This document shows, in pieces, positions 62,092-64,000 of a DNA stretch of 64,000 nt. Positions within the stretch are counted from its first letter, which is position 1. Each line of letters starts with the position of its first letter. Made by a program: the position numbers and the translations under genes. Source of the stretch: Candidatus Krumholzibacteriia bacterium (GTDB lineage Bacteria > Krumholzibacteriota > Krumholzibacteriia > G020349025); NCBI GenBank assembly GCA_035649275.1, contig DASRJW010000024.1, positions 3,759 through 67,758 of the forward strand, in the 5' to 3' direction. The notes below the pieces were generated by a model that had not been told where the DNA came from, did not search any database, and saw only the letters and a program-made list of their open reading frames with translations.

Positions 62092-63792
62092 TCAGGAGGC
62101 GCGGCCGACGCGCTCCGAGCGCGGCTGCGCGCCGCGGGGCCGGCGGCGCTTCTCCACCGGGATGCAGAAGGAAAAGGTGGCGCCCTTCCCGAGGCTGCTC
62201 TCCACCTGCACCTGACCGCCGTGCAGCTCCACCAGGTGCCGCACCAGGTCGAGGCCCAGGCCGACGCCCCCATGGCGCCGCGTGGTCGAGCCGTCGAGCT
62301 GCACGAACTTCTCGAAGATGAGCCCGTGGTGTTCCGGGGCGATGCCGATGCCGGCGTCGGTGATCGCCGCCCAGACCACGCCCTCTTCGCTCCAGGTGCG
62401 GACCCGCACTTCCGCTTCGGGGGGCGAGAACTTGATCGCGTTGGTGAGCAGGTTCCAGACGATCTGTTGCGAGCGCAGTTCATCCAGGTAGACGAGGGGC
62501 AGCTCCGGGTCGAGATCGAGGTGGATGGAGATGCGGTTCTTGTCGGCTGTGGGCCGCACCGTGACCACGGCAGCCTGAATCACCTGATTCAACGAGCCGA
62601 GCTGTAGCTTGAGCTCCGTGGCCAGGGAGTCGAGCTTGGCGATGTCCAGGAGACCGGCGATGAGCTTCTGCAGCTTCTGCCCTTGTTCGGCGATGACGCG
62701 CAGGAACTGCTCGCGCTTCTCCTCTTCGGGCCGTGTGAGCAGCAACGCCTCGGTGTAGGCGATGATGGCGGTGAGCGGGGTGCGCAACTCGTGGGAGACG
62801 TTGCTCAAGAATTCGTTCTTGAGCATGTCCACTTCCTTCAAACGCTCCGCCGCCTCGGAGAGCTCTTGGTTGCGGCGCAGCAGCGCCTTTTCCATCGCGC
62901 GCATGGTCGACAGGTCGCGCAGCACGCAGAGCAGTTCGCCCTCGCTCCCGAGGGAGACGAGCGTGAGGTGCACGTCGGTGGCGCCGTTGCGTCCCTGCAC
63001 CTGCGCCTCCAGCTCCGCCCGGCCGGAGCGGCGGGCGCTGGCGAGGATCTGGCGCACTCGGGGGCGAGGCAGCGCCAGAACGCCCGGTTCTCCTGGGCGA
63101 CTTTCCAGCGGCCGGCCGATCCAATGGTCGGCCCCGGACAGCAGCGTGCTACCACCGCGGCTCTCGCGCACCACGCCATCCCGTGACAGCACGAGGACGC
63201 ACCAGTCCGGCAAGTGCTGCAAGAGCGCTTCATAACGCTCGGCCTCCTGCAGCGCTTGCCAGCGGCGGAGCGTGTGTCCGAGCACCGGCCCCGCCTGGGC
63301 GAGGAAGAAGTGCAGCGCCTCCAAGCGCGTGCTGCGCGGCGCCAGCAAGCGCAGCGTCGCCAGACGCTCGTCGCCATCGCGCAGCGGCAAGACCAGGCGT
63401 TGCGGCGGCGCGCTGCCGCTGCTTCGACCGCTGCCAGGCGCAGCGACGCGCCGCACGGCGTGGGTCGCCGGTAGCGCGTGCAGGTGCAGTTCCACTTCGC
63501 GGGCCCGGGTGTGGCGTGCGGCGCCGGCCACGATGGCATCGAGCAGCGCCGGGAGGTCCTTCGCATGCAGCAGGAAAGCGAGAGCCGCCAGGGCGTCCGC
63601 CGTTTCGTCGCGTCGGCGCCGGCGCTCCAGGCGCCGCGTGGCGTTGCCGTCCAGGCGCGTCGGCGCCCGACGCCGCCGCGCGCCGCGAGGCGTGCCGGTG
63701 GGCGTAACACCCAGAAGGTGGCGAGTGGAGCGGTCCTGACTTCGCGGCATGGAAATTCTCCGGTGCACTCCCGTCAGCACGAGACATGCCAC
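62092..63792 (-). CDS. Cytoplasmic sensor histidine kinase (GAF/PAS - HisKA - HATPase_c)
   Basis: H-box HELRTPLTAI, N/G boxes (NLLTNAIKFS, GLGLDLVRHLVELHGG), and no TM segments. The exact start is uncertain (internal Met at about 63750 is possible). Confidence 0.75.
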   Translation of the reverse strand: MACLVLTGVHRRISMPRSQDRSTRHLLGVTPTGTPRGARRRRAPTRLDGNATRRLERRRRRDETADALAALAFLLHAKDLPALLDAIVAGAARHTRAREVELHLHALPATHAVRRVAAPGSGRSSGSAPPQRLVLPLRDGDERLATLRLLAPRSTRLEALHFFLAQAGPVLGHTLRRWQALQEAERYEALLQHLPDWCVLVLSRDGVVRESRGGSTLLSGADHWIGRPLESRPGEPGVLALPRPRVRQILASARRSGRAELEAQVQGRNGATDVHLTLVSLGSEGELLCVLRDLSTMRAMEKALLRRNQELSEAAERLKEVDMLKNEFLSNVSHELRTPLTAIIAYTEALLLTRPEEEKREQFLRVIAEQGQKLQKLIAGLLDIAKLDSLATELKLQLGSLNQVIQAAVVTVRPTADKNRISIHLDLDPELPLVYLDELRSQQIVWNLLTNAIKFSPPEAEVRVRTWSEEGVVWAAITDAGIGIAPEHHGLIFEKFVQLDGSTTRRHGGVGLGLDLVRHLVELHGGQVQVESSLGKGATFSFCIPVEKRRRPRGAQPRSERVGRAS

Positions 63793-64000
63793 GGAATCTG
63801 TTGACCTGGACGCGCTTGGCCGCCTTTACTCGCTGTGTTCCATCGTTGCGGAAAGTCGGCGGGGGTGCGGATGGTGCGGCGGCGCGGTCGAGAGCTCGAA
63901 CTCTTGCCTCGAGCCATACAAGCGCTGGTGCAACGTCACGCCGACTCGCCGGCGGCGCTCTGGGGTTGGATCGAGCGGCTCCAAGACGCGCGTGAGCTGC

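Overview
The window is a 64-kb stretch of a high-GC (about 68-70%) bacterial chromosome with tightly packed, often 4-nt-overlapping genes. It reads as core metabolism and respiration interspersed with accessory blocks.

Main content, in order:
- 1-2716 (minus strand): a partial transketolase (tkt) and a solitary ergothioneine methyltransferase (egtD). tkt is cut by the window edge and is absent from the six-frame track.
- 2946-15224 (plus strand): a 12-gene respiratory operon. It holds Alternative Complex III (actA, fused actB, actC-F plus a small ActG-like protein), a SCO1/SenC copper chaperone and caa3-type cytochrome c oxidase (coxB-A-C-D). It is preceded by a sigma70-like promoter and a CRP/FNR-type TGTGA-N6-TCACg palindrome.
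- 16407-28650: an aromatic-amine / kynurenine-type catabolic cluster. One side is tryptophan 2,3-dioxygenase plus an MFS transporter. Diverging from it is SDR - luciferase-like monooxygenase - asparaginase-II family - 2-aminomuconic-semialdehyde-type ALDH - an unusual single polypeptide fusing two LigB-type extradiol dioxygenase domains to a RidA deaminase - kynurenine formamidase-like cyclase - membrane glycosyltransferase-like protein.
- 28690-35600: an accessory patch with low-GC islets. It has a truncated SAM methyltransferase translationally coupled to a lipoprotein, a TrmO-like protein, and a 924-aa secreted Kelch-repeat protein with a T9SS/FlgD-like C-terminal domain. It also has a small Cys-rich secreted protein and a two-domain CelD/FemAB-like acyltransferase.
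- 35771-48981: housekeeping and envelope genes. These are DAG-kinase-like, EamA, FAD oxidoreductase, PNPOx-like x2, DUF2203, pepP, asmA, a TIGR00725 protein, a CBS protein and thrC.
- 49000-63792: aroA; an FG-GAP repeat protein preceded by an array of four short direct repeats; a 1046-aa outer-membrane protein combining an HEXXH peptidase-like domain, a TolB-like propeller and an Omp85-like barrel; a Ser/Thr kinase with an N-terminal polytopic membrane domain; and a cytoplasmic GAF/PAS sensor histidine kinase. A low-GC intergenic region at 57680-58453 carries 30-bp direct repeats.

No rRNA or CRISPR array was seen, and no convincing tRNA. Many long Arg/Ala/Pro-rich ORFs in the track are antisense or frame artefacts of the high GC content.

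A Gemmatimonadota- or Acidobacteriota-like lineage is a guess from the ACIII-caa3 operon, the T9SS-like C-terminal domain and the GC content. It cannot be confirmed from this sequence.
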